From: Trypanosoma brucei
Lineage: Eukaryota
Assembly: GCA_000002445.1 (NCBI GenBank)
Contig: CP000068.1
Location: 1,248,001 to 1,312,000, forward strand
DNA: 64,000 nucleotides
Reading direction: 5' to 3'
Positions 10,046-21,334 of the stretch are shown here, one piece after another. A program made the position numbers and the translations under genes. The stretch's first letter is position 1. Each line of letters opens with the position of its first letter. The notes below the pieces were generated by a model. It was given only the letters and a program-made list of their open reading frames with translations. It had not been told where the DNA came from and did no database searches.

Positions 10046-12631
10046 CTATACTTGTCGTTCCTGTGCCTTTGGGGCTTTTCTGCATTTCTTTCCTAGTGCT
10101 TTCTCAGGTTTCACGTTAGGTGTGCGCTGCCGCATCGAAAACGGCGTGAAAGCTGCTGCAGAGTTGGGTGAAGACGGTGCCTCACCGTCCCTTTGAGCTC
10201 TCAACAGCTCTGCGGCTGCCTTGAGTTGATCACGAATAGACACGTTGTCAATTTCGCCAGCTCGCCTTTTCGTTAAAACGAGTTTTTCCTCACTGATAAG
10301 GTAGGAGGCAGTTGACACAGCAAGATCCCTTACCTCTGAGCTTTGGTGATTCAAGCACGGTTGCAGCAGGCGGGACCACGCATTTTCGTTGTGTTTGCCC
10401 ATGCTCCCAGCGCTGCCACGCACCTGTAGACCCCCATTCGCCGCAAGGTCCTTCAGTACACTGAGGCGTGCAAGCTGCGTACGTGCATGGGTGTGAGACA
10501 GCCGCCGCCGATCCTTGTCAACTGGGTCGGCTAGTACCGCAGAAAGTATAACGCCCTTTCCGATCTCTGGTTTGCGCACAAATAACGCTAGTGTCGACAT
10601 GGCTTCTTCCCGTAAGCGCGGATTATAATCTGCCGCGCAACAGAGCAACCGTGGGAGCAGATTGACCACTGGGCACATAACCTCCTCGAATACATTGGCT
10701 TCATCCTCTAGAACACTACGGACAAACGCGCAGGCAGCATTAGCAACGGCCGGAATATGATCCTGCAACCCATATCCACTCAGGTCTAAGTAGCGTAGTA
10801 CTCCCTCCTCAATTGAGACAGGGCTTGATTCGTAAAGAGTTGTCATTTTGGAGGCCAAAACACTAAGCGCTGACTCACGAAGCTTAAAGTTGCTGCTATA
10901 CAGGCACGCTGTAGTGAATAAGCCCACAACATTGTTGAGGTTTTGCATCTCCGAGAACTTACGCCCACCTACGTCCGGTAATTTTGGCATGTCAGTTTCC
11001 CCAGATGCCTCCATAATTTCACGTACTACACCTTCTTCCCACGGTTGCAATCTGCCCCCAATGGCGTACTCATCAGTGCCGTCACTCACGCTTACATCCT
11101 GATTGGCACCGGGGGGCCTTTCCTGCGCATTCCAATCGTCATTATTGCACTTAGCATCCGCGATCTCCTGCCCCTTTTGGTGCCAGATATTCTGTGCATC
11201 CAACTTCTGACCCGTATCTTTGTCAAAATCATCAAAGATAGAGGGACCCAAGTCAGAACCGGCACCGTCGAAGGGTGACATTCCACTGTCACCGGTGGGG
11301 CCGCTGGGCAAGTCCTGATATTCCCCTTCCGGTGCTAACTTTTGCCTTTCCGCACTCCAGCACATCTTCTCATTCCTCTCGCCACACATGCCATACCTAT
11401 CCCCACTGCAACCAATAGATAGGCCTATCGCCTCTGCCCCGCTTCTTCGGCCATCCTGAGGTGCGTCCTCGCTGAACGTATCACTACTGTACTCAAGTGG
11501 GTCTGGCACCTGTCGCAATTGTGGAACCTGAACATCGTTGTACACTTTTTCAATCATCGTATCCATTTGCTGCTTTGCCTCCTTCGCGGCATCGAAGTCC
11601 TCGTCAATGATGGCCTGTACCTTGTCCTGTTCTGCTTGATATATGCGCTTCGACCGGCGGTTCATCAGTTTAATTCGATCCTGGCACGCCTTTGCGGTAT
11701 CAAAGTCATCCATTGATATCGCTTGATTCTTCAGCATTAGTAACTCAGCAGAGCGGCGGACAAAAAAATCTTCAAACTCCAATATGCGCACAGAACGGAA
11801 GGCAGGCATTCCTTCATCCTGAGTGATGATGTTTCTAACAGGAGTTTCTACAGGTGACCGCTCACCCTCTCCTTGTCTGTCTTGCTCCTGCAGCAGATGC
11901 TGCAACTGATATTGCTGCTGCTCCAATTGCAAGGGCGGCAACTTGACGCCACTCCCGTTGTAGTTGCTTGACTCCCTGGTGTGATCCCTTTCTACAGGTG
12001 TCTGGGAAACAATACATGAACTAACTACCGCATGATCAACGTGCCTCGGTATGCGTTTGCTAATCTGACCGCTACATTCAATGGAATACACGCCAATTTG
12101 CTTGAAACGGTTAAAAGCATTCTGGTGCGGCGCATGAAAGAGAAGTTTCAAGAAGTACGCTTTGGCGTGCAGATGCACAGTCTTACGCTCCTTTGAGCGG
12201 TAGTTCGTGTGCTCGTTACTGCTGAAGTTGACCGAACCTAGCTTAAGAAAGCGCACTTCACGGAAAGACGGTGCTTCAAGTCCATAATGGCCACCAACTC
12301 CGTTAACTTCGTCGCCGTCGTCAAGAGCATACAAGCGCACCTCCATTTTTGACATAATTTTACTCTCGTGACTCAGTATGCGCAAATTCACCAACTCCGC
12401 GTTTCCGGGAAAGCGAAGTACAAGTTCCTGAGGCATGGAAGCAAAACGCGCACTTTGCCAACCCTTACCACTACAGTGCTGCTCTGCAACCGCGTGGTTG
12501 CTGGGATTGGTAGTGGAAAAACATTCAACATTCTCAGATGATGTTGCCAACCCATTCCCAAGTCCAGTGATAGGGAACTCATTGTCCTCACTGCTTCTAT
12601 ATACTATGTCATACGGGATCAAACCTACCAT
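10046..12631 (-). CDS. CEP104/FAP256-like ciliary-tip protein: N-terminal jelly-roll domain, two UVR-like EDFD..AK helices, TOG/HEAT domain.
   Basis: 861-aa ORF. N-terminus MPQELVLRFPGNAELVNLRILSHESKIMSKMEVRLY...HLHAKAYFLKLLFHAPHQNAFNRFKQIGVYSIECSG resembles the CEP104 N-domain. Motifs AISMDDFDTAKACQDRIKLM and IIDEDFDAAKEAKQQMDTMIEKVY are the UVR-like repeats of CEP104. HEAT-like repeats at aa ~560-760. No C-terminal zinc-finger array (tail is basic: KKCRKAPKAQERQV). Confidence 0.5.
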   Translation of the reverse strand: MVGLIPYDIVYRSSEDNEFPITGLGNGLATSSENVECFSTTNPSNHAVAEQHCSGKGWQSARFASMPQELVLRFPGNAELVNLRILSHESKIMSKMEVRLYALDDGDEVNGVGGHYGLEAPSFREVRFLKLGSVNFSSNEHTNYRSKERKTVHLHAKAYFLKLLFHAPHQNAFNRFKQIGVYSIECSGQISKRIPRHVDHAVVSSCIVSQTPVERDHTRESSNYNGSGVKLPPLQLEQQQYQLQHLLQEQDRQGEGERSPVETPVRNIITQDEGMPAFRSVRILEFEDFFVRRSAELLMLKNQAISMDDFDTAKACQDRIKLMNRRSKRIYQAEQDKVQAIIDEDFDAAKEAKQQMDTMIEKVYNDVQVPQLRQVPDPLEYSSDTFSEDAPQDGRRSGAEAIGLSIGCSGDRYGMCGERNEKMCWSAERQKLAPEGEYQDLPSGPTGDSGMSPFDGAGSDLGPSIFDDFDKDTGQKLDAQNIWHQKGQEIADAKCNNDDWNAQERPPGANQDVSVSDGTDEYAIGGRLQPWEEGVVREIMEASGETDMPKLPDVGGRKFSEMQNLNNVVGLFTTACLYSSNFKLRESALSVLASKMTTLYESSPVSIEEGVLRYLDLSGYGLQDHIPAVANAACAFVRSVLEDEANVFEEVMCPVVNLLPRLLCCAADYNPRLREEAMSTLALFVRKPEIGKGVILSAVLADPVDKDRRRLSHTHARTQLARLSVLKDLAANGGLQVRGSAGSMGKHNENAWSRLLQPCLNHQSSEVRDLAVSTASYLISEEKLVLTKRRAGEIDNVSIRDQLKAAAELLRAQRDGEAPSSPNSAAAFTPFSMRQRTPNVKPEKALGKKCRKAPKAQERQV

Positions 12632-13070
12632 TCCCCGTCGTTTGGGAACCTAACTCCTCACTCGACCTTCGCCCTTTTCCTCTTTTCTCTATTTCACCCC
12701 TTTACCGTGAAAACGTCAAATAACACAAATACACAAACAGAGAAATTTAATGTTATAGCTCTGACATGAACATAGCAAAAGCAAAGTTGAGATGACAGGC
12801 ATCGCAACTGTCGGGCGCGGAAACCCTATGGTGTAACACCTCACACTGGAACACCACCAAAATTAACGGAAGTTTCCCACCAGTGAATTTATGAACAACC
12901 TAACGCCTCCCCCCACAACCTCGGTAAACGTGCGGTTGTATCGCACCATAACTGCTCTTTTATCCCCACGGATGGTACACGACGACACAGCATAGCATGA
13001 ACCGAGCCCGCTAATCCATTCGTTTTGGTGCACTGCATGGCCACACCCTCAACCGCAACGCACAATCGAG

Positions 13071-13646
13071 TCAAGCTGCTCCGTTCCCCCTCTCTTCTCC
13101 TATGAAGAACTCCCTTTGTCCCCGTATGAGCGGTGTGTCTGGGAGGTTTGCTATATCCACCTCATAATGAGAGCGCATCGACCGCAAGAAGTTGGGGTTC
13201 AGTGGGCCCTTCGACTCGTCGTACCACTCGGACGGTGTCGGGTTTTTTTTCTGAAGCTCCGCACGCTGTTCTGCTAACGCCTCTTCGGCCCTTTTCTCCA
13301 ACTCCATGCGGCGAAGTATCACCAGCTCCGCCACTCGCATCGCCCCAGTTGTTGTTGTTAGCGGGTATTTCTCCACCTGTACACCACGCCGCTCCAACTC
13401 TCGCTCAAAGGCACCACGGCCGGTGTGGTGAAGCCCCCGGTTGTTGTTGTGGCTCTGCGTCGCGCGGCGTGCGTTAAGGCTGTTTCGGGTTTGATGACGC
13501 TCCATTTCCTGGTACCACCGCATTGTAGCGCGAGCTGAGAGATAACGGTTTGTCTTGTAGTCGTTAACGTGATCCTCATCCCAGAGGCCGGTGCCTTTTT
13601 TATACTTCATCGTGAAGCCACCACGAGCGGGGATACATCGCCTCAT
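13071..13646 (-). CDS. Hypothetical protein (191 aa; the alternative start MKYKK at 13610 gives 179 aa).
   Basis: Minus-strand ORF in the gene-dense tract. Charged, coiled-coil-prone middle (RMELEKRAEEALAEQRAELQKK). No recognised domain. Confidence 0.4.
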   Translation of the reverse strand: MRRCIPARGGFTMKYKKGTGLWDEDHVNDYKTNRYLSARATMRWYQEMERHQTRNSLNARRATQSHNNNRGLHHTGRGAFERELERRGVQVEKYPLTTTTGAMRVAELVILRRMELEKRAEEALAEQRAELQKKNPTPSEWYDESKGPLNPNFLRSMRSHYEVDIANLPDTPLIRGQREFFIGEERGNGAA

Positions 13647-14063
13647 GGTCCCTACTGCCTAATGGAAGATTATCCCGTCCTTGGCCCAGGTGTTGGACTC
13701 CACTTGGGTTTGAAGACACCCTATGAGATTCCTAACCCTTTCAACTGACATAGTTGAGTTCATTTGCAGAAGAGAATTTACAACTGGAAGGTGGTACCAA
13801 AAGGCAGAGCAAAGAGGCCTCTCGCGCGTGGCAACCAACAGCGCGATCAGCGTTCAGTAGCAGCATGCTTACCCACCGAAATCACGGACGAACGCTAGAA
13901 AAACCAGCATGAGACGCCCCAGCGGCTCCCGCAGTATGAACACAAACTAAAAATGAGATTAGGAAATAATACAAAGTCGCAGACAGATGCAAAAGTACTA
14001 GAACCACCTCTCAATCGGATAAAAAGGGCTTAATCATACAAAAAATCAGGTAAGGGCAACACA

Positions 14064-17000
14064 TCAACACTTCTGGTTGTTATCCCACCAACGGAAAGAA
14101 TCCTCAAGATGCATTTTGACGACAAGCCTCTTCACCCTAGTCGGCATCGCATGATGTCGAAAAGGTTTTCGAGATCCTCTCCTACCACCTGACTTAAGAA
14201 ACCGATCCTTCCGCTTTTCCTCGGCACCGCCTGTGCTAATATTGCCGTCGCTGAGGCGTATCGCATGTTCCTGCGCACAGCGAAGCAACGGTGGAAGGTC
14301 AGTGGCACCTAACGGAAGAATGCGAAGCGCCACTTCCCATGCGCCACGCGCCGTTAACGCACCTACGATGCACCCAAGCGTTGTCACGAGCGTGGCGTCA
14401 TCAGCCCTCTTGAGGCGACGCCGTGAAAACGCTAGTTCTTGCTTCCCCTCGTGCTTCGGGAGTGCTACAAGACACTGCAGCAATGTGGCATTACTCGTGG
14501 ACCCGAATGCAGCAAGTCTGATCGCATGATGCGCATCAACGTTGCTCACATCTCTGCCACTGTGTGCAAAACTCCTGTGCAGGCTCTGTAGTGCCACGTA
14601 CCAAAGTCCGACGGCCTGGCGCCTGTAAAGTGCAGTAGCCACAGGTATACCTACTGCTAACTCGCTCGATGACCACCACGTGACCCTCGCTGTATTGATG
14701 TTAGAAGGAGGAACCGCAAACGCATCAGCGACCACATGAAGACCAGTTGATTGTGCGGAGCGCAACAGAGACTGAAGTGCCGCTACCTCCAGTGGGAGGG
14801 GAGAAAGGTTTAAAGGAAAATGATTGCGCACATGGTTGTCAGCTCTACGCGTGGTGTCCAACATCTGAAGCATGGAGAACGCGGCAACTGCGGGGGCGCT
14901 CGTTGCAACTAACTCCATGCAATTACGTGGGTAGTGCATAAGACCGAGATCATTAACAGCAGATAGAATCCGAAGGGCAGAATCCCACGGAAGCGACGAC
15001 GTAGTGTCGATGTCCAACTGCACTGCTATGCGCTCGACAAACGCGCGAAAGACGGTTTGCGCACAATACGGAAACAGCGTTCGTATATTTTCTACAACTG
15101 ATTGCAGAACACTAACGCCTTTCTGCTCATTTGGCACACCGTTCCCGCCCCTTCCAATATTCCTATAAGCTTTCTCGAGAATTTCAACAAGAACCTCCAT
15201 TTCAGGAGAAACACCGCGCCCCGCTGCTACACGTAGTAGTGTGAAGATGGTGTTCCATTGGTTATGATATAATACCCCTCTAATCCACTGCGAAAGAAGT
15301 GTGCCCGAAAGTTGTGGCAGAGCAACAGCGATCTGTTGAGCGTATTCCGCTGATAAAGACCATACAGCACACCCACCACCCAACTGCAGCAGAAGTCGTT
15401 GCCGATGTTGACGAACCGCGTTTTCAACAAACTGCCATGACTCCAAGACATTTTTCGGAGGGTTCAATACGACGTCCCCTCCTCTTTCCCCCCCTGGCGC
15501 CCTTGCCTCAAAAAGGAAAGTGCAGGAACCTTTGCTTTGGCTATTTTTTTCAATATATCCACGACTGTGAGGGAAACAGAGCCGTACGATGGCATAGTAA
15601 CATCCTGTTGGTGTCAGTTCGATCATTGCGGAGAGTGCATTTAACGCAACACCTAAGCCGGCCTGCCTTGTACGTTGCAGTATGTAAGCTATTCCATTCC
15701 AATTATTGTTGTAACACGACAAGAGCACTGCGGCAGTTGACGGCGTCCCGCACTTGACGTCGAAGTGAAGCCACGCCGCGGCCGCCAACTCCCTCTCTTT
15801 CTTGTGCTTTTGATCAGCATTCCAAAGATAATGCAGCGCACTCGGATAATTGTCAGCAAGAAAAGCACTATTACTCTCCATCCGTGCAAGTTCAACTGCA
15901 ACGCTTTGTTTAGTAAAGTTAGCAACACACGGGGACATCCGACAGCGGAGAAATTCAATTGCAGCGATGTGACTGGCAGCCGCCCCTTTCCTCATCCTTA
16001 GAAACTGAAGAAGCAGCAATACGAGCCCACCGAACCCAATGTCCTCCGATGTGGTGCTCATTAAACAGAATTCTTTACCATCAGTTCCTGGCGACGGTCG
16101 GTTCAATCCCATCAACACTCCAGATACTGCAGTGCGATATGCCGCGCTCTCATACCATAAACCACACAAATCACAACGAGATGCCAACTCATCGAAGCCC
16201 AACACACGCTCGCCACACGCCAGAGTCGCCGCAACCAGTTCTCGCCTCTGGGAAGCATTACTATTTGCACTCTTCTTTGATAACACGCAGTGGATGCCCT
16301 CAGAAAAGCACATGGTGCTCACCGGCAAGCCGTCAGCACGAGCCTTATCAATCACCTGTAGCAGACTATACGCAGCCTCTTGGGAGAGGCATTCGTCGCT
16401 GAAAACAGATAACAGCATCTCCTCCAAGACTACGGGTTGGGTCTTCACAAAAGGAGTGGTAGCAATAGTGCTTATGACCTCAACACGCTCAGAAACGGAT
16501 AGTAAGTTCAGCACATCCTGCGGGCAGCACTCGCAGCTGCTTGAGCCCAAAGCATTTGTTAGGAATCCCACAACCAAAGCGACTCGCCGTCCATAGCGCT
16601 GCATGCGTTCTTCACGACACAGCCGTTTCATACTTTCGAAGTCAACGAGCGATAACTGTGCTCGAGAGCCGTACCATCTGGTCATGCATACTTGTGCGGT
16701 TGCAATGGTTGGGGTAACAAAAAAACCGGTGGCAGTGGCTTGGCAATACCCTTCCTCCCCAAGGTGTCTTTTCGCTACATGCATGAAATCCATGCGAAGA
16801 GGGAGGGCCCGAGGTTGCCTCCAACTGCGCGAAAACAGGGGTTGGGGCCGAGAAATAGCGGCAAGTGGGCGCGAAGGGGTAGTCCAACAACCCGCGGAAG
16901 CACGACGACCGATAGTGTTTGCATTTCTGCTAGTGTGCCAAACTAGACACGTAGCATTGGACGAAACGACCACTGCGTTCTGCCAGCTGCATCTGATCCT

Positions 17001-17273
17001 ACCCAGCAACTGCTCCACTCTCTCTCGCCTGAAAGCTTGCCAGAAATAAGCCCACTGCATGTTGATGAAAGCGGTCCAAAGCGAAGGCCGCAAAGACGCA
17101 CGACATCTTATCATGCCGGGGAGCTGAATCGTTTCGATACACGTGATCCCGCTGACACCACCAACAGCAGCTGCACTGCAGCGAAGTGGAATAACTTTTG
17201 TTTGTCCGACGCCTCGTGTCTGAAAGACGGTCCCAATACGAGTATTGGGGTGCAGCATTGCTGCAGCCCACAA
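14064..17273 (-). CDS. Large conserved hypothetical protein (1069 aa), helical/ARM-like composition.
   Basis: Uninterrupted 3.2-kb minus-strand ORF. Non-repetitive, Leu/Ala-rich. No catalytic motifs recognised. Confidence 0.5.
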   Translation of the reverse strand: MWAAAMLHPNTRIGTVFQTRGVGQTKVIPLRCSAAAVGGVSGITCIETIQLPGMIRCRASLRPSLWTAFINMQWAYFWQAFRRERVEQLLGRIRCSWQNAVVVSSNATCLVWHTSRNANTIGRRASAGCWTTPSRPLAAISRPQPLFSRSWRQPRALPLRMDFMHVAKRHLGEEGYCQATATGFFVTPTIATAQVCMTRWYGSRAQLSLVDFESMKRLCREERMQRYGRRVALVVGFLTNALGSSSCECCPQDVLNLLSVSERVEVISTIATTPFVKTQPVVLEEMLLSVFSDECLSQEAAYSLLQVIDKARADGLPVSTMCFSEGIHCVLSKKSANSNASQRRELVAATLACGERVLGFDELASRCDLCGLWYESAAYRTAVSGVLMGLNRPSPGTDGKEFCLMSTTSEDIGFGGLVLLLLQFLRMRKGAAASHIAAIEFLRCRMSPCVANFTKQSVAVELARMESNSAFLADNYPSALHYLWNADQKHKKERELAAAAWLHFDVKCGTPSTAAVLLSCYNNNWNGIAYILQRTRQAGLGVALNALSAMIELTPTGCYYAIVRLCFPHSRGYIEKNSQSKGSCTFLFEARAPGGERGGDVVLNPPKNVLESWQFVENAVRQHRQRLLLQLGGGCAVWSLSAEYAQQIAVALPQLSGTLLSQWIRGVLYHNQWNTIFTLLRVAAGRGVSPEMEVLVEILEKAYRNIGRGGNGVPNEQKGVSVLQSVVENIRTLFPYCAQTVFRAFVERIAVQLDIDTTSSLPWDSALRILSAVNDLGLMHYPRNCMELVATSAPAVAAFSMLQMLDTTRRADNHVRNHFPLNLSPLPLEVAALQSLLRSAQSTGLHVVADAFAVPPSNINTARVTWWSSSELAVGIPVATALYRRQAVGLWYVALQSLHRSFAHSGRDVSNVDAHHAIRLAAFGSTSNATLLQCLVALPKHEGKQELAFSRRRLKRADDATLVTTLGCIVGALTARGAWEVALRILPLGATDLPPLLRCAQEHAIRLSDGNISTGGAEEKRKDRFLKSGGRRGSRKPFRHHAMPTRVKRLVVKMHLEDSFRWWDNNQKC

Positions 17274-17957
17274 GCGTTATTCACCCTTCCACTAAGGAGA
17301 ACACTGCGAAGTCTACGCCGTAAGGAAGTGACAAGTGAAGGAAACTGATACGAACAAGCGCACCAACGTACAAACACGCGACGCCACTGCTCAATTACAA
17401 ACCCCACTGTTCCTCGGGAAGCAAATATCTGGATAGCTAACGAAACAACAAGATCTTCCGTAAAGAGCAACCTACCACAGTTTGCCAGTGGGTCGCGCGG
17501 CTTCACCACCGCGCAGCATCCCGGTGCAATACAATAATTCTGACGTTCGTTTAGGAGTGTACGATGTTAAACGCGCGAAGTTATGTACACAAGAGGGGAA
17601 ACGAAAAATTTTAAAAGCGTTAAACGCTTTTACGTGTGCACGGGCATATGCACGCACAGGTGCGTGCGACCACCCACCTTTTCTCCTCCCCCCAGGGAGG
17701 AAAAAAAAAAGCATCGTTACTCTTTCGCTCCACAAATTGCACCATTACATCCCATCCCGAAAATAAGGAACACAAGTACCATTCCCTTCATGCTGCCGCT
17801 GGCATTCCTATGGCCAGGTCACGCAGCATCTACTCCATTGAGGAATTTATGTGAATAAGAACCGAAAGTACAGCAGCGAGCACTGGTGATAAACGAATTA
17901 AGGTGAAACACAAAGCTATCGTAAAAGCGTCAGCCCTTCCCCAAACTGTAATGTATA

Positions 17958-19130
17958 TCATATTTCAATTCGCCCAAGGAGCAGCGTTACCAGCACCCCC
18001 AGTAGGAGGGAAACACACGCCGCCAAACCATGCACTTCCTCACGCAGTATTGTCATCAGACCAGCAAAAAGAAAAAGACCACCGCCTGCGGCCCCAACAA
18101 GAGAATTCAAAGATCCAATCCCGCGGATATGTTCGCTTTTAAATAACTCCCTAGTGTCGTTATGGGGAATTGGCCGATGCCCCTTGCAATACCGGTCCCT
18201 GTGTTTCCCCACGCAGTGTCCTCCAGCGGCATCGGAAGAGGAACTGCACAGAACCGCAGAAATCAAAGCCACAGCGGGTGTTATGGCCAACCAAAGCAAC
18301 ACGGGCCACCTCCAAAGTTCGTCCCTTAGTTTTCGGTCAAATTTTCGCACCAAGCACATTTCAGTGGAGGCAACGCCCCCGTGCAAGCGGCCGGCGTTAT
18401 GAGTACATTCTCCTATCCCATCAGCATGAAGGAGTAAAAGCTCCTCAGAACTGCAACTAGTAGCGAGAAACAACTTCTTTGATATCGCTACACCAATGGC
18501 AACACCATCAAGGAGGCGATGAACGCACAGCGGCACGACTATGGTTAACAGTGATGGGTCATCTGGCTCAAGACCCAACACAGCACCCTCCATGGCAGCA
18601 TGAAAGAACATGAGCAGCAGAACGAGTGGGACACCACACCTCCCACCTTGGTGAATGTCATCTTGTGCCAACAGAGCGCCGTGACCATGGCAACAACCGT
18701 TGCTGCGATTTCTCTCACTTTCCTCTCCATCTTTCTTGTCAACGATGCGGTCAAGAACAGTGGGGAGGAGAATACCACTAAGCATAATTAAAGATACCAG
18801 TGAGGGATCGGCGTTTCGTGCTGCAGCATCCTCGAGCGCGTGCAAAAAGAAATGTGAAACGGCAATAGTGATCAGCATTCCTGCAGCAAAACAGTTCGCT
18901 AACGAAAGTGTATGTGGAAACGTTGTATGCGTTCCACCACCAAACAGCGTCGTGCATTTATTCGATAGACAAAGGAGTGGTGACACAACACCTGACACTC
19001 CAAATAATGTAACAACCAGCGCCGCAACTACCCGCAGGGCAACAAAGGGTAGCATGTGCCTCACGGTTACTCGGTTGAGAGTACACACTAAGAAGTGATT
19101 TCCTTCCTTCCCCTGTGGAGAGAGAGGCAA
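17958..19130 (-). CDS. ZIP-family (ZRT/IRT-like) divalent metal transporter.
   Basis: Multi-pass hydrophobic ORF. TM4-like signature FHAAMEGAVLGL (H...EG) and TM5-like CVHRLLDGVAIGVAI (H...DG..IG). His-rich cytoplasmic loop CCHGHG. The start may be the internal MLPFVALRVVAALVV (19055), which reads as TM1. Confidence 0.65.
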   Translation of the reverse strand: MPLSPQGKEGNHFLVCTLNRVTVRHMLPFVALRVVAALVVTLFGVSGVVSPLLCLSNKCTTLFGGGTHTTFPHTLSLANCFAAGMLITIAVSHFFLHALEDAAARNADPSLVSLIMLSGILLPTVLDRIVDKKDGEESERNRSNGCCHGHGALLAQDDIHQGGRCGVPLVLLLMFFHAAMEGAVLGLEPDDPSLLTIVVPLCVHRLLDGVAIGVAISKKLFLATSCSSEELLLLHADGIGECTHNAGRLHGGVASTEMCLVRKFDRKLRDELWRWPVLLWLAITPAVALISAVLCSSSSDAAGGHCVGKHRDRYCKGHRPIPHNDTRELFKSEHIRGIGSLNSLVGAAGGGLFLFAGLMTILREEVHGLAACVSLLLGVLVTLLLGRIEI

Positions 19131-20146
19131 CTACGCGCGTCTGTTATATTGAAATTATACAAGCAAGGGGAGATGGTATGAGCAATAAAACCACTCTTAC
19201 AGCACCGTGGATTGTACCATAGCAGCAAACACTAAGAGGGCGCGATATAACTGAAGAAGAGGACACACATCCCCGCAGGTTGCCATAGCGTGAGGGAACG
19301 AAGATAATGAGTTACGTTTTGGTGTGAAACAACAAAAACATGCGCAACTTTGCCTACTGCCAAGTTGTCCAAGCCTTATCTTCGTTTTTGTCACCAAGGG
19401 CCTACACGCCTGTTGGTGACAAAGTCGCTTTAATTCATAAACACCGAACTCAAAATGATAGCAGCCGAGCACGCTGCAGGAACAGCAACGAAACCTCACT
19501 CACGGCCTCCATAACATTACGCTATGAGATGGAATAATTCTTAGATGCTTTGGGATAAAAACAGAGAGCAAAGGATGAATACATAAACACGGTCGAAGAG
19601 CAACAAAGACGAGAGCATTAAAAATGAGCACAAGTCAATGGAGGTTAAAACAGCACCCACTTCCTCACCACATCACCACACTCTCAACTTAATACAAGAG
19701 CTGCTGGTCCAGGAGGGAAAAGAAAGAAAAAAGAGGTGAAGATGTACATTTAATTCTATCGATATATATATATATATCTTGAGATACATTTCAGTGGAAA
19801 AGGAAAAAGGAAATTATGAAAAGGTATGTAGTGTACTCGCGTTGAAGAGACGCCTCCGTATTTGAGCAAACACAAACAAACAAACAAAATAACTTCAACA
19901 CTGCGGCCGGCCGAGCCAAATGCAACACCTTATTGACAAGGTTCACAATAGCAGCAGGAAAAGAGTAGGGGAAACCTTTGGAGAAAAAGAAGTACACTTG
20001 TACAGTTACATCTGTGAGGGAGACATCATTTACCCGCTACTTGCATTCTCTCTGCGATTCCCGTTTATGAAATCTCTTTGTATCCCCAACCTCTCTACCT
20101 TCAACAAATCCTCCCTTGCATCTGCGCTCATCTAGTGAAATCTTCC

Positions 20147-21334
20147 CTAAAAAAGTTTCCTTGGTTTCTTATCCACACGAGTGTTGAGCGTTTGCTCCGC
20201 ATCCGTCAACTGTGTAAGCGTCGTCTGCAGCATTGAGCCCTCAACCGTCATTTTTATTACTTCACTAGTTTTCGGCTTCATTGGTTTTGTTTCTGGGGCT
20301 TTGGTACCGCTGCGATTACGCACCAATGGGTTTTTGTTCCGTCTACCAGCATCGGTGCCACAACCGACCGTCGCCAGCGTTACGTATGACTTGCTCCACT
20401 TCCGCAGGGGACAGGTGTCGTTGCCATGAAGAGCATCCACATTGCGCGGGAAGGACGGTACGTGTCCTGCATAGCGCGGGATGGCATACTTTTGCACCTT
20501 TGCGGTACCCGCAAAGAGCGGCATTGAAGAACTCATGTCTGTGATTAGACGTTGCTGCACGGCGAGCGCCGGTGATACGGGCAGCTTTGGAGCGAGACGG
20601 TCCAATGGGGCGTATTCAAACCCCAAGTGGTTCTCGCTTGGTGGTGCAAGTCGCTGACAGTCCACGATATCCAGGCAACTGCGGGCACACCGGCCATCAG
20701 CGTCAGTATCCAGCAACCGTCGCTGCGCGGGAAAGACAGGGAACACGTCAGGATTGGGGCACAACGTTGGGCTTGTCGCACGCTTTCGCATAATATCTAC
20801 GGTACGCTGCGTGTTACCGACCAAACCGCTGCGCATGTCATCGTCAATGCGCTCCACTCGCCGAGCCGTACTGTAAAAGTCCCGTTGCGCCACTGGCCGC
20901 ACCGATTGGCTGCTCGCCTGCTGTTCGGTGATCCACTCACTCGGGCTGTGTCGGGTGGCAACCCCATCGAACAAAGACGCCACGGAACTTTTCATAGTTC
21001 CCTCCAAATGCCCTCGTGGCTTCATTTCCCCTCCACATGCCTTGTCATCAACTGTGGTCTTTGTATCAGCAGTCGCCTCGTTGGTTTTGTTGGCACCACA
21101 CCGCACTGAGCGAAGCAGTGTCAGGTAATGGTTGCCTTGTGACGGGTCCGTCCGCGCTGGAGCGGAGCCATATGCCTCATCAAAAGTCGTATAAATGCCA
21201 TGATGCAGCGATGACTGCGACGGCACTAGACGTTTGTCCCGGTCAAGTGGAACCGCCCGCTCGCGCAGAGGGGCGCGGGTGTTTACAGCAGTCTTTAGTG
21301 TTATCATTGGCACCGTGCAGCGGACTCCCCTCAA
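20147..21334 (-). CDS. Hypothetical protein (395 aa) with a FAM166/CIMIP2-like IP.Y.GhVP motif.
   Basis: Minus-strand ORF. Single motif YAIPRYAGHVPSFPRN resembles the repeated IPGYTGFIP motif of DUF2475 (ciliary microtubule inner proteins). Otherwise no recognised domain. Confidence 0.4.
   Translation of the reverse strand: MRGVRCTVPMITLKTAVNTRAPLRERAVPLDRDKRLVPSQSSLHHGIYTTFDEAYGSAPARTDPSQGNHYLTLLRSVRCGANKTNEATADTKTTVDDKACGGEMKPRGHLEGTMKSSVASLFDGVATRHSPSEWITEQQASSQSVRPVAQRDFYSTARRVERIDDDMRSGLVGNTQRTVDIMRKRATSPTLCPNPDVFPVFPAQRRLLDTDADGRCARSCLDIVDCQRLAPPSENHLGFEYAPLDRLAPKLPVSPALAVQQRLITDMSSSMPLFAGTAKVQKYAIPRYAGHVPSFPRNVDALHGNDTCPLRKWSKSYVTLATVGCGTDAGRRNKNPLVRNRSGTKAPETKPMKPKTSEVIKMTVEGSMLQTTLTQLTDAEQTLNTRVDKKPRKLF

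Noticed and set aside
16039-17049. + strand ORFs of 185 aa and 148 aa inside the 1069-aa hypothetical gene.
   Set aside because: They are antisense to a 3.2-kb uninterrupted minus-strand ORF. They are Ser/Arg/Pro-rich, which is antisense-typical composition.
17610-17640. Short inverted repeat ttttaaaagcgttaaacgctttt in the ZIP/hypothetical intergenic region.
   Set aside because: It is an 8-bp stem that could be a trivial hairpin. There is no flanking conservation or repeat context to suggest a functional element.
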